64,000 bases of DNA from the human T2T-CHM13v2.0 reference genome, Homo sapiens, in NCBI RefSeq assembly GCF_009914755.1, contig NC_060940.1; one strand, 5' to 3'. Numbering within the stretch: position 1 is the first letter of the stretch; each line of letters starts with the position of its first letter. The notes under the pieces are model-generated. The model made no database searches and was not told the DNA's origin. It worked only from the letters and a program-made list of their open reading frames with translations. This document shows positions 1 to 13,118 of the stretch, one piece after another. The position numbers and the translations under genes were made by a program.

Positions 1-3000
1 TTGATTCCATTCAAAGGTGATTTCATTCAAGTCCATTCGATAATTGCATTCGATTCCATTCTATGATGATTCCATTCGAGTCCATTTGATGATTCCATTC
101 AATTCAAGTCAATGATGATTCCATTCGATTCCATTCGATGATTCCATTGGATTCCATTCGATGATGATTCCATTCAAATCCATTCGATAATTCAATTCAA
201 GTCCATTCGATGATGATTAAAATCGAATCCATTCAAAGATTCCATTCAGTTCCATTCGATGATTCCCTTAGATTCCATTCGATGATTCCACTTGATTTCA
301 TTTACGATGATTCCATTCGATTCCACGTGATGATTCCATTCAATTCTATTCAATGCTGTTTCCATTTGATTCCATTCGACCATGATTGCCTTTGATTCCA
401 TTCAATGACTCCATTCGGTTCCTTTTGATGATGATTCCGTTCGATTCCATTTGATGATTCCATTTGATTCCATTGGATGAGTCCATTCGATTACATTCGA
501 TGATTATTCCATTCGAGTGCATTAGATGATTCCATTCGAGTCCATTCGATGATTCCATTCGATTCCATTCGATGTTGATTCTGTTCAAATCCATTCGATG
601 ATTCCACTCGATTCCATTCGATGACTCCAGTTGATCCCATTCGATGATTTCCTTTGATTCCCTTTGATGATCATTCCATTTGATTCAATTCGGTGATTTC
701 ATTTGATTCCATTCAGTGATGTTTCCATTCGACTCCATTCGATGATGATTCCATTCGACTCCATTCGATTATGATTTCATTCAATTCCATTCGATAATGA
801 TTCCCTTCGAGTCCATTCGATGATTCCATTCGATTCCATTCAACGATGATTTGATTCGTGTCCATTCGATGATTCCATTTGATTCCACTTGATGATGATT
901 CCATTCGAGTCCATTTGATGATTCCATTCAATTCCATTCTCCGATGATTTCTTTTGAGCCCATTCAATGCTTCCACTCGATTCCATATGATGATGACTCC
1001 ATTCGATGAAATTCGATGATGATTCCCTTTGATTCCATTCAAAGATGATTCCATTCTAGCCCATTCAATCATTCCATTCGATTCTATTCAATGATGATTC
1101 CATTCATGTCGATTTGGTGATTCCATTTGACTTCATTTGATGATGATTCCTTTCAAGTTCATTAGATGATTCCATTCGATTCCATTTGATGATGATCCCA
1201 TTCGAGTCCATTCAGTGATTCCACTCGTTTCCATTCCATGATGATTCCATTCCATTCCATTCAATGATTCCATTCGATTCCGTTTGATGATGATTTCATT
1301 CGAGTCCATTTGATGATTCCATTTGATTCCATTCGATGATGATTCCATTCGAGTCCATTCGATGATTCTATTCGAATCCATTTGATGATTTCTTTTGATT
1401 ATAGTTGGTGATGATTCCATTGGAGTCCATTCAATGATTCCATTCGATTCCAATCGATGGTGATTCCATTAGAGTCCATTTAATGATTCCATTTGATTCC
1501 AGTCTCTGATGATTACATTCGAGTCCATACGATGATTCCACTCAATTCCATATGATGATGATTCCATTCGATTCCATTCGATGATTCCATTCTATTCTAT
1601 TCAATGGTGATTCCATTCGAGTACATTAGATGATTCCATTCGATTCCATTCAATGATGATTCTATTTGTGTCCCTTAGATGATTCCACATGATTCCATTA
1701 GATGATGATACTATTTGAGCCCATCCAATGATTCCCTTCGATTCCATTCGATGAGGATTCCATTCGATTCAATTCATTGGTGATTGTATTCAATTCAATT
1801 CTTTGATTCCATTCCATTCCATTCGACAATGATTCCATTCGATTTCTTTCGATGATTCCACTCGATTCCACTTGACATTGATTCCCTTCGATTCCATTCA
1901 ATGATTCCATTTGATTCCAGTGGATGATGATTGCCATCGATTCCATTCGATCACTCCATTCTATTCCATTTGATGATGATTACATTCGATTCCATTTGAC
2001 GATTCCATCTGATTCTATTCGAGGATTCCATTTGATTCCATTCGATGATGATTCCATTCGAGTCCATTCGATGATTTCATTCGAGTACATCCAATGATTC
2101 CATTCGAGTCCATTTGATGATTCCATTTGATTCCATTTGATAATGATTCTACTAGAGTCCATTCAATGACTCCATTGGAGTCCATTCAACAATTCCATTC
2201 GACTCCATTTGATGATTCCATTCGATTCCATTTGATGATTCCATTCGAGTCCATTTAATCATTACAGTCGAGTCCATTTGGTGATTCCACCGGATTTCTT
2301 TTGATAATGATACCATTCAAATACATTTGATGATGATCCCATTCAATTTCATTTGATGATGATTCCATTAGAGTCCATTCGATGATTTCATTCGAGTCCC
2401 TTCATTGATTCCATCCGATTTCATTGGATGATGACTCCATTCGAGTCCATTCGATGATTCCACTCGATTCCATTAGATGATTCCATTGGAGTCCATTTGA
2501 TTGTTCCATTCGATTCCATTCAATTCCTTTCGAAGATTATTCCATTTGAGTCCATTCGACGATGATTCCATTCCATTCCATTCGATGATTCCGTTTGATT
2601 CCATTCGATGATTCCCTTCGATTCCTTTCTTTGATGATTCCATTCCATTCCATTCAATGATTCCATTCGAATCTATTCCATGATGATTCCTTTCGATTCC
2701 ATTCGCTGATGTTTCCGTTCAATTCCATTCGATGATGATTCCATTCGATTCCATTCATTGAGGATTCCATTTGATTCCATTCAATGATGATTCCGTTCTA
2801 TTCCATTCAATGATTGCATTCAATTCCATTCAATGATTATCCCCTTAGAGTAAACTCAACGATTCCATTCAATACCATTCGATGATGATTCCTTTTGAGT
2901 CCATTCAATGATTTCATTCAAGTCCATTTGATGATTCCTTTCAATTCCATTCTATGATGATTCCATTCGAGTCCATTCGATGATTCCATTCGATTGCATT

Positions 3001-6000
3001 CGATGATTCCATTATATTCCAGTCAACGATGATTCCATTCGAGTCCATTCGATGATTCCATTAGAGTACATTTAATGATTGCTTTGTTTTCAATTCGAAG
3101 ATGATTACATTGGATTCCATTCTATGATACCATTCGATTCCATTCAATGATGATTCCACTCAAATCCATTGGATGATTCCATTCGTGTCCATTCGGTGAT
3201 TTCATTAGATTCCATTCGAGGATGATTCCATTCGATTCCATTCGATGATTCCATTCAATTCCATTCGATGATGATTCCATTCCAGTCCATATGATCATTC
3301 CATTTGATTTCATTCGATGATGATTCCATTCGATTCCATTCGATGATTCCATTCTATTCCATTCGATGATGATTCCATTCGAGTCCATTCGATGATTCCA
3401 TTCGAGTCCATTTAATGATTCCATTGGGTTCAATTCAATGATGATTACATTGGATTCCGTTCTATGATTCCATTCAATTCCGTTCATAGACAATTTGATT
3501 CCATTCGATGATGATTCCATTTGAGTTCATTCGATGATTCTATTCGATTCTCTTCGATGGTGATTCAATTCTATTATATTGGATGATTCCATTCGATTCC
3601 ATTTGATGTTGATTCAATTCGATTCTATTCGATGATGATTCCATTGGATTTCACTTGATGATTCTATTCGATTCCATTCAATGATGATTCACTTCTCGTC
3701 CATTGGATGATTCCATTTCATTCCATTCGATGATGATTCCATTCGATTCCATTCGATGATTCCATTTGATTCCATGCGACGGTGAGCAATTCGATTCAAT
3801 TCCATGATGATTCTATTTGATTCAATTAGATGATGTTTCCATTCGAATCCATTCCATGATTATTCCATTGGAATCCATTTGGCGATGATTCCATATGAGT
3901 CAATTCAATGATGATTCCATATGGGTCCGTTCGATGATAATTCCATTTGATTTCATTCGATGCTTCTATTCTATTCCAGTCGATGATGATTCCGTTGGAG
4001 TCCATACGATGATTCCATTTGATTTCATTTGATGATGATTCCATTCGATGATGATTACATTGGATTCCATTCTATGATTCCATTCGATTCCATTCGTTGA
4101 TGATTCGATTCCATTCAATGATGATTCCATTTGAGTTCATTCGATGATTCTATTCGATTCCGTTCGATGGTGATTCAATTCTATTATATAGGATGATTCC
4201 ACTCGATTCCATTTGATGATTATTCCATTGGAGTCCACTTAGTGAATCGTTTAGATTCTACTCGAAGATGATTCCATTCGAGTCCATTCGATGATACCAT
4301 TCAATTCCATTCGTTGATGCTTCCATTCAAGTGCATTCGATGATATCATTCGATTCCATTTGATGATAATTCCATTTGATTCCATGCGATGATTCTATTC
4401 GATTCCATTCAATGATAATTCCATTAAATTCAGTGATTCCTCTGGACTCCATTTGATGATGATTCCATTCAATGATTCCATTCGATTCTATTCCAAAATG
4501 ATTCCATTTGAATCCATTTGATGATGATTCCATTAGATTCCATTTGATGATTCCATTCGATTCCATTTGACGATGATTCCATTCGATTCCATTTGATGAT
4601 TCCATTCCATTCCATTCGATGATTCCGTTTGATTCCATTCGATGATTCCCTTCGATTCCATTCTTTGATGATTCCATTCCATTCCATTCAATGATTCCAT
4701 TCGAATCTATTCCATGATGATTCCTTTCGATTCCATTCGCTGATGTTTCCGTTCAATTCCATTCGATGATGATTCCATTCGATTCCATTCATTGAGGATT
4801 CCATTTGATTCCATTCAATGATGATTCCATTCTATTCCATTCAATGATTGCATTCAATTCCATTCAATGATTATCCCATTAGAGTAAACTCAACGATTCC
4901 ATTCAATACCATTCGATGATGATTCCTTTTGAGTCCATTCAATGATTTCATTCAAGTCCATTTGATGATTCCTTTCAATTCCATTCTATGATGATTCCAT
5001 TCGAGTCCATTCGATGATTCCATTCGATTGCATTCGATGATTCCATTATATTCCATTCAACGATGATTCCATTCGAGTCCATTCGATGATTCCATTAGAG
5101 TACATTTAATGATTGCTTTGTTTTCAATTCGAAGATGATTACATTCGATTCCATTCTATGATACCATTCGATTCCATTCAATGATGATTCCTCTCAAATC
5201 CATTGGATGATTCCATTCGTGTCCATTCGGTGATTTCATTAGATTCCATTCGAGGATGATTCCATTCGATTCCATTCGATGATTCCATTCAATTCCATTC
5301 GATGATGATTCCATTCCAGTCCATATGATCATTCCATTTGATTTCATTCGATGATGATTCCATTCGATTCCATTCGATGATTCCATTCTATTCCATTCGA
5401 TGATGATTCCATTCGAGTCCATTCGATGATTCCATTCGAGTCCATTTAATGATTCCATTGGGTTCAATTCAATGATGATTACATTGGATTCCGTTCTATG
5501 ATTCCATTCAATTCCGTTCATTGACTATTTGATTCCATTCGATGATGATTCCATTTGAGTTCATTCGATGATTCTATTCGATTCTCTTCGATGGTGATTC
5601 AATTCTATTATATTGGATGATTCCATTCGATTCCATTTGATGTTGATTTAATTCGATTCTATTCGATGATGATTCCATTGGATTTCACTTGATGATTCTA
5701 TTCGATTCCATTCAATGATGATTCACTTCTCGTCCATTGGATGATTCCATTTCATTCCATTCGATGATGATTCCATTCGATTCCATTCGATGATTCCATT
5801 TGATTCCATGCGTCGGTGAGCAATTCGATTCAATTCCATGATGATTCTATTTGATTCAATTAGATGATGTTTCCATTCGAATCCATTCCATGATTATTCC
5901 ATTGGAATCCATTCGGTGATGATTCCATATGAGTCAATTCAATGATGATTCCATATGGGTCCGTTCGATGATAATTCCATTTGATTTCATTCGGTACTTC

Positions 6001-7576
6001 TATTCAATTCCAGTCGATGATGATTCCGTTGGAGTCCATACGATGATTCCATTTGATTTCATTTGATGATGATTCCATTCGATGATGATTACATTGGATT
6101 CCATTCTATGATTCCATTCAATTCCATTCGTTGATGATTCGATTCCATTCAATGATGATTCTATTTGAGTTCATTCAATGATTCTATTCGATTCCGTTCG
6201 ATGGTGATTCAATTCTCTTATATTGGATGAATCCACTCGATACCATTTGATGATTATTCCATTGGAGTCCACTTAGTGAATCCTTCAGATTCTACTCGAA
6301 GATGATTCCATTCAAGTCCATTCGATGATACCATTCAATTCCATTCGTTGATGCTTCCATTCAAGTGCATTCGATGATATCATTCGATTCCATTTGATGA
6401 TAATTCCATTTGATTCCATGCGATGATTCTATTCGATTCCATTCAATGATAATTCCATTCAGTTCAGTGATTCCTCTGGACTCCATTTGATGATGATTCC
6501 ATTGAATGATTCCATTTGATTCTATTCGAAAATGATTCCATTTGAATCCATTTGATGATGATTCCATTAGATTCCATTTGATGATTCCATTCGATTCCAT
6601 GCGACGATGATTCCATTCGATTCCATTTGATGATTCCATTCTATTCTATTCGATGATGATTCCATTCGATTCCATTCGATGATGATTGGATTCGATTCCA
6701 TTTGATGATTTCATTTGATTCCATTCGTTAATGATTTCGATCAATTCCATTCGATGATTCCATTCGATTCCATTCGATAATGATTACATCCGTGTCCATT
6801 CAATGATTCCATTTGAGCCTGTTCGATAATTCCATTTGTGTCCAACCAATGATTCCATTCATTTCCATTCAATGATTCCATTCGAGTCCATTTGATCATT
6901 CCGGTAGGGTCCATTCGATGTTGATTCCATTGGAGTGCATTCGATGATTCCATTCGAGTCCATTTTATGATTTGATTCGAGTCCTTTCGATGATTCCATT
7001 CGATTCCACTCGATGATGATTTCATTCGAGTCCATTCGACACTTCCAATCGATTCCATTTGATGTTTCCATTCGAGTCCAATTGATGATTCCATTCAATT
7101 CCATTCGATGATGATTCCGTACGATTCCATTCTGTGATGATTCCCTGTGATTCCATTCAATGATGATTCCTTTAGATTGCATTCGATTGTGATTCATTTC
7201 GTCTTCATTCTATGGTTCCACAGGTTTCCATTCGTGTCCATTCCATTATTCCATTCTATTCCATTTGATGATGATTCCATTCGATTCCATTCATTGGTGA
7301 TTCCACTCAATTCCATTCAATGATTCCATTCCATTTCTTTCAACAATGATTCCATTAGTTTCTAATCGATGATCCACTTGATTCCATTTGACGACGATTC
7401 CATTCTTGTCCATTCGATGATTCCATTTGATTCCATATGATGATGATTCCATTCGATTCCATACCATGATGATTCCATTCGAGTCCATTCAATGGTGATT
7501 CCATTCAATTCCATTCGATGATTCCTTTCGATTCCATTCGATGATGATGGCATTCGATTCCTTTCAATCATTCCCT
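1..7576 (+). repeat. Higher-order unit 1, 7576 bp (6112 - 570 deletion + 2034 re-entry)
   Basis: Marker TTGATTCCATTCAAAGGTGA at 1 and 7577; identical ORFs offset by 7576 (210/7786, 713/8289, 3122/10698); deletion junction 1011-1026; re-entry junction ~4595. Confidence 0.92.
3818..3828 (-). promoter_or_regulatory. DUX4-type binding motif TAATTGAATCA (one example; it recurs once per unit copy, and TAATGGAATCA occurs several times per unit)
   Basis: + strand TGATTCAATTA matches the reverse complement of the DUX4 consensus TAAYBBAATCA; DUX4 binding to HSATII is established, but occupancy of this copy is not shown. Confidence 0.45.
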
Positions 7577-10500
7577 TTGATTCCATTCAAAGGTGATTTC
7601 ATTCAAGTCCATTCGATAATTGCATTCGATTCCATTCTATGATGATTCCATTCGAGTCCATTTGATGATTCCATTCAATTCAAGTCAATGATGATTCCAT
7701 TCGATTCCATTCGATGATTCCATTGGATTCCATTCGATGATGATTCCATTCAAATCCATTCGATAATTCAATTCAAGTCCATTCGATGATGATTAAAATC
7801 GAATCCATTCAAAGATTCCATTCAGTTCCATTCGATGATTCCCTTAGATTCCATTCGATGATTCCACTTGATTTCATTTACGATGATTCCATTCGATTCC
7901 ACGTGATGATTCCATTCAATTCTATTCAATGCTGTTTCCATTTGATTCCATTCGACCATGATTGCCTTTGATTCCATTCAATGACTCCATTCGGTTCCTT
8001 TTGATGATGATTCCGTTCGATTCCATTTGATGATTCCATTTGATTCCATTGGATGAGTCCATTCGATTACATTCGATGATTATTCCATTCGAGTGCATTA
8101 GATGATTCCATTCGAGTCCATTCGATGATTCCATTCGATTCCATTCGATGTTGATTCTGTTCAAATCCATTCGATGATTCCACTCGATTCCATTCGATGA
8201 CTCCAGTTGATCCCATTCGATGATTTCCTTTGATTCCCTTTGATGATCATTCCATTTGATTCAATTCGGTGATTTCATTTGATTCCATTCAGTGATGTTT
8301 CCATTCGACTCCATTCGATGATGATTCCATTCGACTCCATTCGATTATGATTTCATTCAATTCCATTCGATAATGATTCCCTTCGAGTCCATTCGATGAT
8401 TCCATTCGATTCCATTCAACGATGATTTGATTCGTGTCCATTCGATGATTCCATTTGATTCCACTTGATGATGATTCCATTCGAGTCCATTTGATGATTC
8501 CATTCAATTCCATTCTCCGATGATTTCTTTTGAGCCCATTCAATGCTTCCACTCGATTCCATATGATGATGACTCCATTCGATGAAATTCGATGATGATT
8601 CCCTTTGATTCCATTCAAAGATGATTCCATTCTAGCCCATTCAATCATTCCATTCGATTCTATTCAATGATGATTCCATTCATGTCGATTTGGTGATTCC
8701 ATTTGACTTCATTTGATGATGATTCCTTTCAAGTTCATTAGATGATTCCATTCGATTCCATTTGATGATGATCCCATTCGAGTCCATTCAGTGATTCCAC
8801 TCGTTTCCATTCCATGATGATTCCATTCCATTCCATTCAATGATTCCATTCGATTCCGTTTGATGATGATTTCATTCGAGTCCATTTGATGATTCCATTT
8901 GATTCCATTCGATGATGATTCCATTCGAGTCCATTCGATGATTCTATTCGAATCCATTTGATGATTTCTTTTGATTATAGTTGGTGATGATTCCATTGGA
9001 GTCCATTCAATGATTCCATTCGATTCCAATCGATGGTGATTCCATTAGAGTCCATTTAATGATTCCATTTGATTCCAGTCTCTGATGATTACATTCGAGT
9101 CCATACGATGATTCCACTCAATTCCATATGATGATGATTCCATTCGATTCCATTCGATGATTCCATTCTATTCTATTCAATGGTGATTCCATTCGAGTAC
9201 ATTAGATGATTCCATTCGATTCCATTCAATGATGATTCTATTTGTGTCCCTTAGATGATTCCACATGATTCCATTAGATGATGATACTATTTGAGCCCAT
9301 CCAATGATTCCCTTCGATTCCATTCGATGAGGATTCCATTCGATTCAATTCATTGGTGATTGTATTCAATTCAATTCTTTGATTCCATTCCATTCCATTC
9401 GACAATGATTCCATTCGATTTCTTTCGATGATTCCACTCGATTCCACTTGACATTGATTCCCTTCGATTCCATTCAATGATTCCATTTGATTCCAGTGGA
9501 TGATGATTGCCATCGATTCCATTCGATCACTCCATTCTATTCCATTTGATGATGATTACATTCGATTCCATTTGACGATTCCATCTGATTCTATTCGAGG
9601 ATTCCATTTGATTCCATTCGATGATGATTCCATTCGAGTCCATTCGATGATTTCATTCGAGTACATCCAATGATTCCATTCGAGTCCATTTGATGATTCC
9701 ATTTGATTCCATTTGATAATGATTCTACTAGAGTCCATTCAATGACTCCATTGGAGTCCATTCAACAATTCCATTCGACTCCATTTGATGATTCCATTCG
9801 ATTCCATTTGATGATTCCATTCGAGTCCATTTAATCATTACAGTCGAGTCCATTTGGTGATTCCACCGGATTTCTTTTGATAATGATACCATTCAAATAC
9901 ATTTGATGATGATCCCATTCAATTTCATTTGATGATGATTCCATTAGAGTCCATTCGATGATTTCATTCGAGTCCCTTCATTGATTCCATCCGATTTCAT
10001 TGGATGATGACTCCATTCGAGTCCATTCGATGATTCCACTCGATTCCATTAGATGATTCCATTGGAGTCCATTTGATTGTTCCATTCGATTCCATTCAAT
10101 TCCTTTCGAAGATTATTCCATTTGAGTCCATTCGACGATGATTCCATTCCATTCCATTCGATGATTCCGTTTGATTCCATTCGATGATTCCCTTCGATTC
10201 CTTTCTTTGATGATTCCATTCCATTCCATTCAATGATTCCATTCGAATCTATTCCATGATGATTCCTTTCGATTCCATTCGCTGATGTTTCCGTTCAATT
10301 CCATTCGATGATGATTCCATTCGATTCCATTCATTGAGGATTCCATTTGATTCCATTCAATGATGATTCCGTTCTATTCCATTCAATGATTGCATTCAAT
10401 TCCATTCAATGATTATCCCCTTAGAGTAAACTCAACGATTCCATTCAATACCATTCGATGATGATTCCTTTTGAGTCCATTCAATGATTTCATTCAAGTC

Positions 10501-13118
10501 CATTTGATGATTCCTTTCAATTCCATTCTATGATGATTCCATTCGAGTCCATTCGATGATTCCATTCGATTGCATTCGATGATTCCATTATATTCCAGTC
10601 AACGATGATTCCATTCGAGTCCATTCGATGATTCCATTAGAGTACATTTAATGATTGCTTTGTTTTCAATTCGAAGATGATTACATTGGATTCCATTCTA
10701 TGATACCATTCGATTCCATTCAATGATGATTCCACTCAAATCCATTGGATGATTCCATTCGTGTCCATTCGGTGATTTCATTAGATTCCATTCGAGGATG
10801 ATTCCATTCGATTCCATTCGATGATTCCATTCAATTCCATTCGATGATGATTCCATTCCAGTCCATATGATCATTCCATTTGATTTCATTCGATGATGAT
10901 TCCATTCGATTCCATTCGATGATTCCATTCTATTCCATTCGATGATGATTCCATTCGAGTCCATTCGATGATTCCATTCGAGTCCATTTAATGATTCCAT
11001 TGGGTTCAATTCAATGATGATTACATTGGATTCCGTTCTATGATTCCATTCAATTCCGTTCATAGACAATTTGATTCCATTCGATGATGATTCCATTTGA
11101 GTTCATTCGATGATTCTATTCGATTCTCTTCGATGGTGATTCAATTCTATTATATTGGATGATTCCATTCGATTCCATTTGATGTTGATTCAATTCGATT
11201 CTATTCGATGATGATTCCATTGGATTTCACTTGATGATTCTATTCGATTCCATTCAATGATGATTCACTTCTCGTCCATTGGATGATTCCATTTCATTCC
11301 ATTCGATGATGATTCCATTCGATTCCATTCGATGATTCCATTTGATTCCATGCGACGGTGAGCAATTCGATTCAATTCCATGATGATTCTATTTGATTCA
11401 ATTAGATGATGTTTCCATTCGAATCCATTCCATGATTATTCCATTGGAATCCATTTGGCGATGATTCCATATGAGTCAATTCAATGATGATTCCATATGG
11501 GTCCGTTCGATGATAATTCCATTTGATTTCATTCGATGCTTCTATTCTATTCCAGTCGATGATGATTCCGTTGGAGTCCATACGATGATTCCATTTGATT
11601 TCATTTGATGATGATTCCATTCGATGATGATTACATTGGATTCCATTCTATGATTCCATTCGATTCCATTCGTTGATGATTCGATTCCATTCAATGATGA
11701 TTCCATTTGAGTTCATTCGATGATTCTATTCGATTCCGTTCGATGGTGATTCAATTCTATTATATAGGATGATTCCACTCGATTCCATTTGATGATTATT
11801 CCATTGGAGTCCACTTAGTGAATCCTTTAGATTCTACTCGAAGATGATTCCATTCGAGTCCATTCGATGATACCATTCAATTCCATTCGTTGATGCTTCC
11901 ATTCAAGTGCATTCGATGATATCATTCGATTCCATTTGATGATAATTCCATTTGATTCCATGCGATGATTCTATTCGATTCCATTCAATGATAATTCCAT
12001 TCAATTCAGTGATTCCTCTGGACTCCATTTGATGATGATTCCATTCAATGATTCCATTCGATTCTATTCCAAAATGATTCCATTTGAATCCATTTGATGA
12101 TGATTCCATTAGATTCCATTTGATGATTCCATTCGATTCCATTTGACGATGATTCCATTCGATTCCATTTGATGATTCCATTCTATTCTATTCGATGATG
12201 ATTCCATTCGATTCCATTTGATGATGATTGGATTCGATTCCATTTGATGATTTCATTTGATTCCATTCGTTAATGATTTCGATCAACTCCATTCGATGAT
12301 TCCATTTGATTCCATTCTATAATGATTACATCCGAGTCCATTCGATGATTCCATTTGAGCCCGTTCGATAATTCCATTTGAGTCCAATCAATGATTCCAT
12401 TCATTTCCATTCAATGATTCCATTCGAGTCCATTTGATCATTCTGGTAGGGTCCGTTCGATGTTGATTCCATTGGAGTGCATTCGATGATTGCATGCGAG
12501 TCCATTTTAGGATTTGATTCGAGTCCTTTCGATGATTCCATTCGATTCCACTCGATGATGATTTCATTCGAGTCCATTCGACACTTCCAATCGATTCCAT
12601 TTGATGTTTCCATTCGAGTCCAATTGATGATTCCATTCAATTCCATTCGATGATGATTCCGTACGATTCCATTCTGTGATGATTCCATGTGATTGCATTC
12701 AATGATGATTCCTTTAGATTGCATTCGATTGTGATTCATTTCGTCTTCATTCTATGGTTCCACAGGTTTCCATTCGTGTCCATTCCATTATTCCATTCTA
12801 TTCCATTTGGTGATGATTCCATTCGATTCCATTCATTGGTGATTCCACTCAATTCCATTCAATGATTCCATTCCATTTCTTTCAACAATGATTCCATTAG
12901 TTTCTAATCGATGATCCACTTGATTCCATTTGACGACGATTCCATTCTTGTCCATTCGATGATTCCATTTGATTCCATATGATGATGATTCCATTCGATT
13001 CCATACCATGATGATTCCATTCGAGTCCATTCAATGGTGATTCCATTCAATTCCATTCGATGATTCCTTTCGATTCCATTCGATGATGATGGCATTCGAT
13101 TCCTTTCAATCATTCCCT
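7577..13118 (+). repeat. Higher-order unit 2, 5542 bp (570-bp deletion variant)
   Basis: Marker ORF ends at 7586 and 13128 (difference 5542); deletion junction at 8587-8602. Confidence 0.92.

Noticed and set aside
210-395. Plus-strand 61-aa ORF (also at 7786 and 13328)
   Set aside because: It lies wholly in satellite sequence and exists only through lineage-specific substitutions; there is no coding signal.
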